Source: Octopus vulgaris (Eukaryota). From it: a DNA stretch of 64,000 nt. Under the pieces are notes generated by a model. That model had not been told where the DNA came from and made no database searches. It saw only the letters and a program-made list of their open reading frames with translations. Within the stretch, counting starts at the first letter, position 1. Each line of letters opens with the position of its first letter. Both the position numbers and the translations under genes were made by a program. Of this stretch, positions 1-12,110 are shown in pieces. The DNA lies in NCBI GenBank assembly GCA_951406725.2, contig OX597819.1, positions 87,048,001 to 87,112,000 of the forward strand. Direction: 5' to 3'.

Positions 1-650
1 ATAAGTGGAACAGTAAAAATATGCAAGGCGTTTCTCAAGTGTAAAATGTGACATTGCTTTTGTTATCCACAGTCCAACGATGGAACGTGTATCTTTGTTA
101 GGAATCATCTACCTCAGAGGCAGAATTTAAATAATCAAAAGCAGAACACATACATACATATACATATATACACGTGGTAGTGGGGGCGGGGGCGCGCGTA
201 TGTCTGTGTGTATGTTATCATTTACATTTTACATGCTTCAATTTTTTAACTGCCACCATGCTGGGACACCGACTGAAAGGGTTTAATCACTTAGGCGAAG
301 AAATCGACTCCTTACTTATTTTTAGATCTGGTCTCTGTTGCCGAAGCGTTAAGTTATGGGGACAGAAGAAGCAATCAAAACGACTAAAACCACATTTTAA
401 GAGCAATTTTGAAAAATAAAACTTTTACCTTGTTATCAGATTATTTTAGCAAATAAAAATTTATATATATATATATATTCGTTTATATACATTCGTGTGT
501 GTGTGTGCGTGTTGCCTTTAGGTTTTGCTAATCAGCCACCTGCATTATATATAGTATACACGTCTACCGTTTTGAAATAGCGCATGCTTTTCAACAGTTT
601 TCCTCATGAGTTGACGAGGCGAGTTATCTTTAACCCAAGGCGCAGTAAGT

Positions 651-706
651 TCCACTGACGAGAATTGAGATGTCTCTTATCAGAATTCGAAATCACGTGA
701 AATTGG
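651..706 (+). ncRNA. Type I hammerhead ribozyme-like motif
   Basis: CTGACGA (655-661), helix II GAATT...AATTC, GAAA, palindromic TCACGTGA in helix III position, short CCA/TGG helix I; the cleavage triplet is not canonical. Confidence 0.5.
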
Positions 707-926
707 TATATCTACTACTTTAGTAATGAGCTAGTCACACCACAGCACGGGGCTTTCTCGCTTCCTCCCTTTCGTCAACTTATTACGATAGTGTTTTTGT
801 GGCTGTTCGAGTCGTTTTGACCTTTATTTCTAGCAATGCTGGTAACACTTTGTACTGTTGTCACTTTAGTGACGTTGATAAATTTGTCTGTCTTTAAGTT
901 TTAATTATATACACTTGCATTATATG

Positions 927-958
<32 letters not shown>

Positions 959-976
959 AAAATATAAATGTATATA

Positions 977-1015
<39 letters not shown>

Positions 1016-1380
1016 AATATATGCATATATACATACATATATGTACATACCTACATATATATGTATATATACATGCATAAATGGGTAAGGACATCATATA
1101 TATTTACATAAATAATGCAGGTGGCTTATTAGCAATTAAAACGTGTGTGAGTGATTGTGTGTGTGTGTGTGTGCGTGTGTCTGTGTGTGTAAGTATAAAA
1201 ACATAAATGCACAGACAATCGCAAAACAGACACAGAAGGTCACCAAATCCTTATCAGTTATCGGCCAGAGGGCCAAACGCTACACACACACACACACACA
1301 CATACACACACACACACGCACTCTCGCACACACAGGCACATAGACACACATGCACACATACACACATATACATATATACA

Positions 1381-1588
1381 CGAGTGGGTGCTGAAAAGTT
1401 TCTGACTCTAAGGGTGTCGCGAAAGACCTGGTTGGCGGCCAAACCTTCCGATTTCTTTAACAGGGCTTAGAAAAACCGCTGCAATAAGTGTATGAATATG
1501 AGAGGAGAATATATTGTATAAAATCATAATTAACTGATCCATCTTTATTTTCTTTTACCCAAAGCCAAGAATGTTTCAGCACGACCCC
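1381..1588. mobile_element. Tc1/mariner-type MITE
   Basis: Imperfect terminal inverted repeats gtgctgaaaagtttctg / ccaagaatgtttcagcac, about 210 bp, non-coding. Confidence 0.5.
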
Positions 1589-1591
1589 ATA

Positions 1592-1730
1592 CATGCGACG
1601 GGCTTTTTTCAGTCTTTGTCTACCAAATCCACTCACAGGGCTTTGGTCGGCCGTTACCAGAAGGCTCTTGCCCAAGGTGCCACGCAGTAAGACTGAACTC
1701 AGAACCATGTGGTCGAGAAACAAACTTCTT
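1592..1730 (-). mobile_element. tRNA-derived SINE fragment (same family as 62036-62452)
   Basis: Shares ctaccaaatccactcaca...ggctttggtcggcc...ccacgcagt...aaccatgtggt with 62300-62420. Confidence 0.75.
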
Positions 1731-2804
1731 AGTATAATTTGGACAGCTTTATTTTCAGTTTAAGAAGCTATAAGCCTTTGTAAGAGAGCATTTTATCTTT
1801 TCTTTTTTGTAGCAATATTTTAAGAGATTGCTAATGATAATTATTATGGAGGAATATCCTCTTTGCGTGGGTAAAAATAAACCACACTCTTGATATTTTT
1901 ACAATAGTTCAAGATTTAAAACAGAAAAATAACAATCAAGAATAATAAATAATTGCTTGAAGCATAATAAAACTTGTTAAAATTATTTGGAATAAGTTGG
2001 TGTTAAGTGACCTCTAGCATAAAGTCTCTGGCAAAAAATTTTTTAAATATTGATATATGTTTTATTCTTCCACTTATGTTATTTTATTTATATAATTTAT
2101 AGCCCTATAAGAGATGCTGTATTAGAGTGTAATTAGACGAACAAGTCGTTGTGGAACACCTCTGTATCTTAATGATTTATGTTGTCCAAAGTCATAACTC
2201 AGACGTGGGTGCGCGCGTACTGAGACGAAATTAATATACATTATTTATAACAGCTGTAAATAAGAACGAAGCTAGTTCTATTTGTATCCCAAGCTACCGA
2301 AAAAAGCTCCTTGTGGGTTTAATTTTACAGTAAGGTTATATACATTTGGATATGTCTCTATATATCCATTTACTTATAGCCCACTCTGTAAGGGTACATA
2401 CTATATTAAGCGGATACATACATACATACATACATACATACATACATACATACATACATACATACGTAATACATATACATGTGTTTGTGGGAGTATTCAG
2501 TGTGTACTGCTGGTAAGGTGGTAAGATCAACAAAAAAGTACTCCATTTGATGAGAGATAAATGTTATTTAATAAACACAGTATGTATTTTTAGGAGCTAC
2601 TAATAGTTTCATGCGAAAAAAAACAACTCAGACAGCACCTTATACCACGTCAGGTGCCTTCATGCAATCCTCGGGCTCTGCCCATATGGCAGTATTGCGT
2701 GAAGGCCACAGTTGAGTTATAAAATGATCTCTAAGTTGTTTTCCGTTGCATGAAACTATAAGTTGCTCATAAAAATGCAGACTGTATTTATTAATTGTAA
2801 TGTT

Positions 2805-3000
2805 ATTATCGGTCCGAACATGTTTGAGGCACGTTTGACCCGGTGAACAAGCTATTGACTGCGTTTTGTCACGAAAAATATATCCCGTTTGTTGACAAAT
2901 AGTGTGTACACACCGAGCAGGATATATTTTCCGTGACAAAACGCATTGAGTAGCTTGTTCACCGGTTCGAACTTGCTTCAAGCATATTCGGACTGATAAT
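2805..3000. mobile_element. Hairpin MITE / fold-back element
   Basis: About 80-bp imperfect inverted arms attatcggtccgaacatg...aatatatcc and ggatatatttt...cggactgataat around a short spacer. Confidence 0.7.
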
Positions 3001-3002
3001 TG

Positions 3003-4080
3003 TTGGGTTGTTCGGAAAGTTCGTGCCGATTTTTAAAGGAAAGAAAAAGGTCAATGAATAATTGCCATTACATTTTTAATCAACCAAATATGATCCATTT
3101 TGTTGCACAATGCGCCTCCATCTTTCCTTTAACTTGAAAATACCCTCTTCCCAGAATTGAGGTGCTTTCATGGCAAAGAATTCATCAAGGTATCTTTTTA
3201 CGTCAGCCAAAGAATCGAAATTTTTATCATTAAGACTATACTGCAGAGACCTGAATAAGTGGAAATCCGAAGGAGCAATATCTGGTGAATATGGGGGGGG
3301 GGGGTGGAGTAACACATCCCAGCCGAGCTGCAGCAATTTTTGTCAGGTTCCCAAAGAAACGTGCAGTCTTGCATTATCATGCTGGAAAGCAACAGCCTTC
3401 CTCTTGGCCAATTCTGGGCGTTTCTCTTGAATTGCTACATTTAACTCGTCCAGTTGTGTGCAATATTTCTCAGAATTAATTGTCTGGTTACTTGGGAGAA
3501 GCTCATAGAACAGAATCGCTTTCCAATCCCACCAGACACAAAGCAAGACTTTTTAGGGTGAAGACCTGATTTTGGGGTGGCTAAGGGTGGCTCATGCCGC
3601 TTACTCTAGGATCGGTTTCTCTGAACATTTCGGTAGATAATCCATTTCTCACCACCTGTCACAATTTGCTTTAAAAAAAGGCGCGTTTTCATTCCGTTTA
3701 TAAAGCGAATCACAGATGGAAATGCGATCCAAAAGGTTCTCTCACTCAACTCATGTGGTACCCAAACATCGTAGCAACTTGTGTACCCAAGCTTTACCAG
3801 GTGCTCATGAACGACGGATTTTGATAGGTTGAGGCTTTCTGCTAATTCTTGGGTTGTGCAATGTGGGTTATTCTCAATTAATGACTTGATTTGGTCATCA
3901 TCTGTAGTGGATGGTCTGTCTGATCGCTCTTTGTCAATAAGGCTACAATCTCCAGCTCGGAACCTTGCGAACCACTTCCGTACAGTTCTTTCGGATAAAG
4001 AAACATCACCGTAAACTGCGCATATTTCTTTGGTTGCTTGTGAGGCATTTTTCCCTTTACGGAAAAAGAAAAGCATCACT
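3003..4080 (-). mobile_element. Decayed mariner transposon (transposase pseudogene, one TIR retained)
   Basis: ORFs 3606-4079, 3343-3546 and 3076-3336 give an HTH N-terminus, WVPHEL, FQHDNAR and YSPDIAPSDFHLF motifs, broken by frameshifts; TIR-like ttgggttgttcggaaagttcgtgccgatttt at about 3004. Confidence 0.95.
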
Positions 4081-4201
4081 TCGTAGCACCCCCGCCACTC
4101 TGTGTTTATTAAATATTATTTCTCTCTCACCAGATGGAGTACCTTTTGCTCATCTTAACATCTTACCAATAGTACACACACATACACACACACACACACA
4201 C

Positions 4202-4243
<42 letters not shown>

Positions 4244-4244
4244 T

Positions 4245-4477
4245 AGAAACATACATATATGTACATACCTACACATATATGTAAATATACATGCATATAT
4301 GGGTCCAGGACGTTAAAAAATCGTGAACAAAACGAAAAACGAGAACAAAAACAAAAACATTGAAAACGAACTTTTTTTGCGAACGAAAGAAACAAAAAGA
4401 GAAACGAGACAGGCAACATGAAGAACAATCCCTTCATCAGTTGTCCCCTGTTTTATCTACTCCGCGTTTCGAGCGTT
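4245..4477 (-). mobile_element. Dispersed non-coding repeat family A (in TA tracts; GAAAC...CTGANGA motif)
   Basis: Aligns by eye with 25560-26075, 28905-29410, 47195-47670 and partially 1025-1095. Confidence 0.75.
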
Positions 4478-6557
4478 ATATATATACATACACACACACA
4501 CACACACGCATGTGTGTACTCATTAAAGATTACTACTAATTTTGGTACTTTCCTATTATGATTCCTTTTAACCTGCGAAACTGCTTTTCCCAGTTGTGGC
4601 GTAACTGGCATATTACCCAACTTCGTATCACTGTTGAGATTTTATTCAAGGAACACAAGAAGCTTTTAACAAGACAAGTTAACAATTCTAACAATAATAA
4701 GCTTCAGCGTTTAAATTCATGAATTCTACACTACCGTGATTTGCTTTGTCTTCATACATATTGGGAAGCACGTATTTGGAAAAAGAACAAAAAAAAACTT
4801 CTGTCTCTAACATATCGGATGGATATTCGTATGACTGAAAATGCAGATTTGTCAGATAGCAAATAAAATAACAGATAAAATGCTGTGTGCACAGTACGCG
4901 CGTGCACACACATATATATGCACATGTTCACATGTATGCAAACACATAAGGGCATATGATGGATTTCGCTTTGGTTTCGATAATGAGTGTTTTACTTGTT
5001 CGATCAAATAAAATGTATAATCGTTATATAATAGGAAAAGTGGTCAAGTGTTTCACATATACTTCCACTCTTAACGTAAACGTTGGTCTGACAGCATGAA
5101 AACACGCGTACAGAAATCACCACCAGCGACTAACATCACGACCACAACACACGCACAATTAACTGAATGATATATCTGTGCATACGCCACAGAAATAATA
5201 AAAGTAAAAGAAATGAGATAAGCGTGTCCAAACATTTATTAGTCAAACAATATCGATTAGATCAGCAACTTGAATTGGTTTGCTATGGAGAAGAGGTGAG
5301 TTTTTGATGTCTCGGTAAATTCTTGCTTCGAACTAATGAAAATAGTGTTGGAAATGTGTATGAATGTCCAGGGGTATTTGTTTGTTTGCTTTCTTTTTTC
5401 TTTCTTTTTTCCTTATTTTGTTGCACTGTTTCCAGAATTGTTATGGTTGCTTTATTTTATCATTGAAGTGATATCAATTTCGTTCAATTTAACGCTCTCT
5501 AAACCCATATATGAACATTCATGTTTATATCGCTTGGCTTACCTTCATTGGTGTTTTCACTATAAAAATAAATTCAAGAGCAGTTATTGACCACTTCATT
5601 TTCCATAAAGACGTTTTTAGAATTTTCAGAGTGAATTCAAATATTTCCTTCTTTTTATTTGTATTTTATCATTTTTAGACTAATCTCAGTGAAATGTATT
5701 ATGCACGCAAACTAAGCAATACGCTTTACGTTTGTTTATAAGTAAACTAGCATACCTGTGTCGTAAAAGAATGCCCACATTTATTAATGATACAAAATGG
5801 TACTCCATCATAATGGGGAAAACTATTAATAAACTAGTGGGCCCCATGAATATTTCACGGAACTAATGGTTAACTAATTGGATATTTCTGAAAACTTTAT
5901 CCCAAAATCCTGAAAGCGTAGCCTCTGTTGTGTCTGTATCAAAAGATAGTCGCTCATCTGCTTGCTAATCACTGAAAAGTAAATGAAATTGGAGTATGAT
6001 TATTATTTAATGCATTTTATATATACATTTTATATACTTTATGCAGAATTTTATAGAATTAATATACAGAACTCTCACACTTCTTTTCCTCTCACACTTC
6101 ATCTTACCCTCTTTTTCTCTCCCTTTTTTCTTTCGCTCTTCGCCTTTCCCTTCATCTAATCACGTAAAAGTATTACAGACGAGCTAAGTAATAAAAAAAG
6201 AACTTACCTAAAAAGATAATTACGCATTTCACTCACCACCACCACCTCTCCTTCCCTCACCCTCCCCTACCACTTCTCCCCTCCATCCCTACCTTCCCAT
6301 TCAACTAATCACGTGAAAGCGTTACGGACGGGCTAAGCAACGGAGGAAAAAGCATAGAAGATGTCAGGAATATAGTAAATATATGTACATTGACAGAATT
6401 GAAGCACTTAAAGAATCAAATACGATTGTAACGTCTCGGTTGAAAATATCACCTACATAATGTATGTGTGTGTATACAAATAAACACACACACATATAAA
6501 CACACGTATGTACATATACATACACATATATATATGCATATAAATACATGCATATAT

Positions 6558-6589
<32 letters not shown>

Positions 6590-6590
<1 letters not shown>

Positions 6591-6756
6591 GAAGGAGCTT
6601 CTACAGGACTAGAGTTCTAGTCCTGTAGAAGCTCCTTCTATATAATAAAATGAGTTCTAGTCCTGTAGAAGCTCCTTCTATATAATAAATTAATTTTACT
6701 CTGCTATGTATTGAGTACCTTATTTACTGTGGTTAACCCCGAATCAACCCGGGACC

Positions 6757-6760
<4 letters not shown>
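6590..6760. repeat. Small fold-back insertion in (TA)n: palindrome plus 38-bp direct duplication plus tail
   Basis: agaaggagcttctacaggactaga-gt-tctagtcctgtagaagctccttct; 6612-6649 is repeated at 6652-6689. Confidence 0.9.
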
Positions 6761-6802
<42 letters not shown>

Positions 6803-7122
6803 TATACATGCATACATACATACATACAGAGAGAGAGACAGAGACAGAGACAGGTAGATACATATATATATACTTCCATGTATATATATATACATATAAA
6901 TATATATACATTACACTTATATATACGTTATGTGAGCGATATTCTAACCGAAGTGTTTAATATTTAATTTCATGTATACATACATTTATGTGAGGTGTGT
7001 GTGTGTGTGCATACGTGCGAGTGTGTGTGAGTGTGTGTACATGTGTGTGAGAGAGAGACAGACAGACAGTGACAGTGAGAAACTAACAAGATAAATTCAA
7101 TTCACGATAAATATTTGTTGTT

Positions 7123-7582
7123 AACGTAAGGGGTATCAGCCATCTGAATGTGGCTAGCCACTGGGGGGGGGGGGGGTTACTGATGCTTTTAGCCCCAGGC
7201 GATCAACGTCACCAGAAGGACTTTAGACACTATCTCAGTGTCCTTGTGTTGTTTGCAAAGGGAGGTCATCCTCCCCGGAAGACCCGGATACTACATACGG
7301 ACTATAGTTTCGAGGTCATTGCCCCTTGTCAACGCATGGCAAGCACCGGCCTTCGATGAAGGAGTTCCCTTTACAAACAATATATAATGTTTTTCACAGT
7401 AACCACTGTCACTGATGTAGAAAAACTGTCTGAAAGCAATAATAAATCTCTGAACGAGATATAAACAGTAACCGCTCGACAACGTAAGGGGTATCAGCTA
7501 TCTGAATGTGGCTAGCCACGGGGTGGGGGGGGGTTACTGATGCTTTTAGCCCCAGGCGATCAACGTCACCAGAAGGACTTTA
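7123..7582. repeat. About 100-bp direct repeats flanking a 255-bp spacer
   Basis: aacgtaaggggtatcagc...gaaggacttta at 7123-7225 and 7481-7582. Confidence 0.9.
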
Positions 7583-8442
7583 ATTTTTTATTAAACTACC
7601 AGCGTCTTCGGAGCAAAGCCTTTAAATGCTGTCGCTTGCTTTAGCATCTGTGACTGTCACGCACTATTTCTATTGTTTTACTCCTTTTTACCCCTAGTGT
7701 GACCGACAAGTCACAAATAATGTTTTATCATATGTAAGATTGTAAGTAAATATGAGAGTGTAAAATAATCAGAATAAGAGTTGTAAGCTATTTGATTTGA
7801 TAGGATGGGAAATATTTGACAGTTAGTATTGCATTAACGATATTGCATTGCGTCTATAGACTCGTAAATCATAAATGATCCAGTGCAGGCGATAGTAGCA
7901 GATAGACACCATTCTTAAGTAACGTTCACAAATGTAATCAGAGGGAGCAGTGTATAAGTGACGAATGATCAGTTATTTCGTAGCATTTAATTCTAATACT
8001 ACCACCTTGAAAGGTTTTAGTCAGACAAATCAACGCTGGCACGATTTTTGAAGTCTGTTACTAATTCTATCATTCTCTTTTATCCGAACCGTTAGATTAG
8101 AGGAATCTAAACCAATACACAGCCAACTAGAAAAATGTATTTGTATACATACCTCTAATTGGTTAAGGTGGGTTTTTTCGGAGACGAAAGTTTGTGTTAC
8201 ACTGAAAAGCGGAAATAGCCGCAAAATATCGATATCTGTCGCTCTCTTTCACTTCCGGGGAGAATTTGTTTCAGCAAGCTTTGAAATTTGCTGTATTTAA
8301 ATATAATACGACTGTACGTGGTCTCTCTTAAATGAAATACCGCAGCTCTGTTGCATTTACTTACACACATACATTAAGCAAGTGATGTTGATGGTACTTA
8401 CATTGTTAAGCTACTCAATCACAAAACTTGAATACATATATA

Positions 8443-8502
<60 letters not shown>

Positions 8503-8696
8503 CATTTTTGATTGTTTTTGGAAGCACCAAAAATATGTATCGTATCATGCAGACTAGAAAGTAATGATATTTCGAACGCAGTATAACCGTGAAAGCACCT
8601 GAAAGATTGGGTATTTTACCCTTATATGACGGGAAAAGTAGTCAGCAGTCACGGGACAGAAGCAACAGTGGTGGTGGTGGTGGTGGTGGTGGTGGT

Positions 8697-8740
<44 letters not shown>

Positions 8741-9050
8741 TGTGTATTTTGGACAATATTATCGAACATGTCCTTCCTTTTAATTTGTGATGGCAGGCAC
8801 AAAGTGATTTGAAGGAAATTTATTTACTATCTTTGTTAGGCTTCTTATCGATCAGATCATATAAGGTGTCCTCGTTCACATTAGTTCAACTCTGTAATGC
8901 CCTGAGTTGATAAAATACCGTGAAACAATACTTAAAATAGAATATTCGGTTTGTAGACGTGCTACTTTATTGAAATCACTCCTCGTATGTTTCTCTCTTG
9001 TTGTAGAGGTCGATATATTTCATTTGAAATTTCTTTGTTTCATTACTTAA

Positions 9051-9270
9051 CCCTTTAGTGTTTAAACCGGCCATATCTGACCCAGATATTCTACATATTT
9101 TATATTCAAACTGGCTAGATCCAGCCTCTCACACCTAACCTACAGTGACATTCTAAAAATAAACAATCACATCATTGAAACTTCAAAGCTATAAGATAAT
9201 GCATGATTAATTCAAAATATTTTGAGTGAAAAAGTATTACATTTGACAGAGTAATCTGAACACTAAAGGG
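9051..9270. mobile_element. piggyBac-type MITE
   Basis: TTAA on both sides (9047-9050, 9271-9274) and 12-bp perfect TIR ccctttagtgtt/aacactaaaggg. Confidence 0.9.
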
Positions 9271-11071
9271 TTAATTCCGTAAAATCAACAGTGTTCCACA
9301 CCAAAGCAGTGTATTTTTTTAAATACTAAGTATATATTATCATGATGATTATCGTAAGGGTTATGGATTGACTCAATCTTTAAAGTATCGGACAAAATGT
9401 CATGACGTATTCCTTACGAGTCATTTCGTTCTCAGTCCACTTCTCACTGAAATCAAATTTGCTTTTGTCTTTACAGATTCAATAAAATAAAGTACAAGCT
9501 AACTACTATATTCTATGTAATCTGTTAACCCCTTTTACCAAGATACTGTCCTTGTGCTTAAATTTCAAGCAATTATTATCGTCGCTGAAGTTATTGTTGT
9601 CATCATAATGTTGTTCTTACCTTTGAGTAAAATGAGGATGATTTCATCACTGTTATTAAGATGTTTCTGTAACAAATATTTACTGTTCATACTTTTTTTT
9701 AAAAGGTATCTTGAATTTTGCTACTGTACATCATAACGTCATTTAACGTCTGTAGTATCTATGTATGTAATCTATCTATCTAGCTAGCTAGCAATCGGTT
9801 TATTTTTCTATTTATCTACCCACATGTAAGTATCAATGTACGTATACATACATGTATTTTATGTATGCATGTATGTATTTTATGTACGGTTATTAATATG
9901 TAATTATACATATTTGTATACATGCATGTATACGGTTTTCCGATCACCCGCACAGCTAGAGTGAAGTTGGTGTCGATGAGGCGGATTCTTGATCATCGTC
10001 ATCGTGAGAGTGAGAGGAGAGCACTGGTAAAAGTATATAAGTAATTACTTAAATTTTTACCTTCCATTTCGTTTCTACGAATCACATTGCAAAATCTTTT
10101 GATTACGAAATCATGGTTTGTAAGTAGATGATTCTCAGATGATATTTTTAAACGGCTGCCCGTTATGTGAATGACATCCTCAAGTTTAATACCACAAAGT
10201 TTGCATCGGTTGTCGCATTAAGGTGGTTTACCTGTATCGATATCCCTTTTGAGCATCACGTATTAAGCTATTTCCTGCTCTTGTATTGTATTGTAAAAGA
10301 TTTTTTCCGCAAAGTGAGAGTTAATATCACAGTTGTTGGTCCAAGATGATCACTTTTAATATTTATGTTGCTCTCGCTTTCAAACTTTCGAGCAAAAAAG
10401 CCATGCATGTCTTTCTACTGATATGCATACAGTTTTTCATTTGATGGCCTGTTGCTATAGAGCTGTGCAATTTCTCACAAGATGCAATCCTGGTCACCAG
10501 TCAGTGAATACTTTCCAAATAGCTTCTTTCAACTCTCATGATGTTTTCTGCAGGTGTTGGCTTAATTCATGGATGCACTATACCCCTTAATGGTTTGCAG
10601 ATGCCGAAGAAATTGTCACATTCAAAAGGTGTTTGAACTGATATTGAGTCCCTTTAAACTTGTCTTCATTTTAAGTAGAAGTGATTTGTTGATATGAATA
10701 TTTCTGGTGTGAATCAATAGCTTTCAAGTTTTAATATAAATATCCCGAATCTTGTCTAGCATACAATCGAGTGATCTAAATATTCTTTTCTAATCTAGGC
10801 ACACGGCCCGAAATTTTGGGGGAGGGGACCAGTGGATTAGATCGACCCTAGTACGCACCTGGTACTTAATTTATCGAGGGCCAACTTTTAACTACACAGC
10901 TATACTAACACAGATTATACATACAAACTCTATCTTATGATAAAAATGCTAAGAAGGTAAGTGTAACCTGGTAATTTAACACCTAGATGAATGTAATACG
11001 GTTATACATACATACATACATACATACATACATACATACATACATACATACATACATACATACATACATAC

Positions 11072-11496
11072 AACCTAAAGATAAGCGAAAAAGAAAATAC
11101 GCTGAAATATTCAGAAAATTGCAGTTACTCTATCCAGGTTACAATTCAGGTTTATACCTGTAATTATTGGGGCGCTGGGACATGCAACACGCTGCCTGAA
11201 TACCAGTCTTGAGAAATTAGGCTTCTCAAAACTAGAAAGGAGAAAGCAGAATTGAAGACTACAAATCCAATCTAATACTGGAACTGTAAAAATCTCTAAA
11301 ACTTTCCAGAAGTTTATTATTTAAAAATACATGAGCATACCTAGATATGAAACTATTTGCACGAGAATATATACACAAAACAAATCATAAGTCTGCACAT
11401 ATACATACATACAAGAATACCCAAGAAACTTGGATCTAGCTTAGAAATTGGCTCTTTCTCTATCGGCAATAAATCTTGAAATAACACTCAATAATG
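11072..11496 (+). mobile_element. 5'-truncated R4/Dong-like LINE 3' end between (TACA)n arrays
   Basis: Broken translation ...[21 protein letters not shown]... resembles the IPIIVGALG C-terminus of the LINE at 49581-51305; flanked by (TACA)n on both sides. Confidence 0.65.
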
Positions 11497-11602
11497 ACAT
11501 ACATACATACATACATACATACATACATACATACATACATACATACATACATACATACATACATACATACATACATACATACATACTCGATGAGTACATA
11601 CA

Positions 11603-11642
<40 letters not shown>

Positions 11643-11899
11643 CAAAACGTAAAAATGTAACTGGAATTCTGTTTCTCTAGAAATTATACTTACAGATTAA
11701 GAATTTCGATTCTGAAAAGGAAAATATAATTCATTTACAAAGAAGAGAGAAACAGTGGTTGGCAAGGAGTGGTGCCTTAGAAGACTTGATGGTTTTTATT
11801 TGTCAACCCAGTCCTAACTGACTCAAGATCAATGTATATCAACAATACCATCCTGTCATGTAATGGTACTTAGAATTGCATTTTCTAATGTAACCATAG

Positions 11900-12110
11900 G
11901 GCAACTACCTGGCAGAATGGTTAGTATACCGGACAAAATGTTTAGCGGCACTTTGGCTTTACGTTCTGAATTCAAATTCTGCCGAACTCGACTTTGCTTT
12001 CATCGGGTCGGGGTTGATAAAATAAGTAATAAATACCAGTTGAGCACTGGAGTCGATGTAACCGACAAGAAGCCGCCCACAAAATTTCTAGCCTTATGTC
12101 TATAGTAGAA
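11900..12110 (+). mobile_element. tRNA-derived SINE (family of 25221-25443)
   Basis: tggcagaatggttag head, ttcaaattc B-box-like, gactttgctttcatc...gataaaataagta core. Confidence 0.75.

Noticed and set aside
5250-5302. ATG GAG AAG AG|gtgagt as a first coding exon
   Set aside because: Good donor site, but I found no in-frame downstream exon
7123-7582. CRISPR-like or LTR-retrotransposon structure
   Set aside because: Only two 100-bp repeats in a eukaryotic context; no TG..CA ends, PBS/PPT or cas genes
8205-8262. TATCGATA and ACTTCCGG motifs suggesting a housekeeping promoter
   Set aside because: Short motifs expected by chance; no linked transcript evidence
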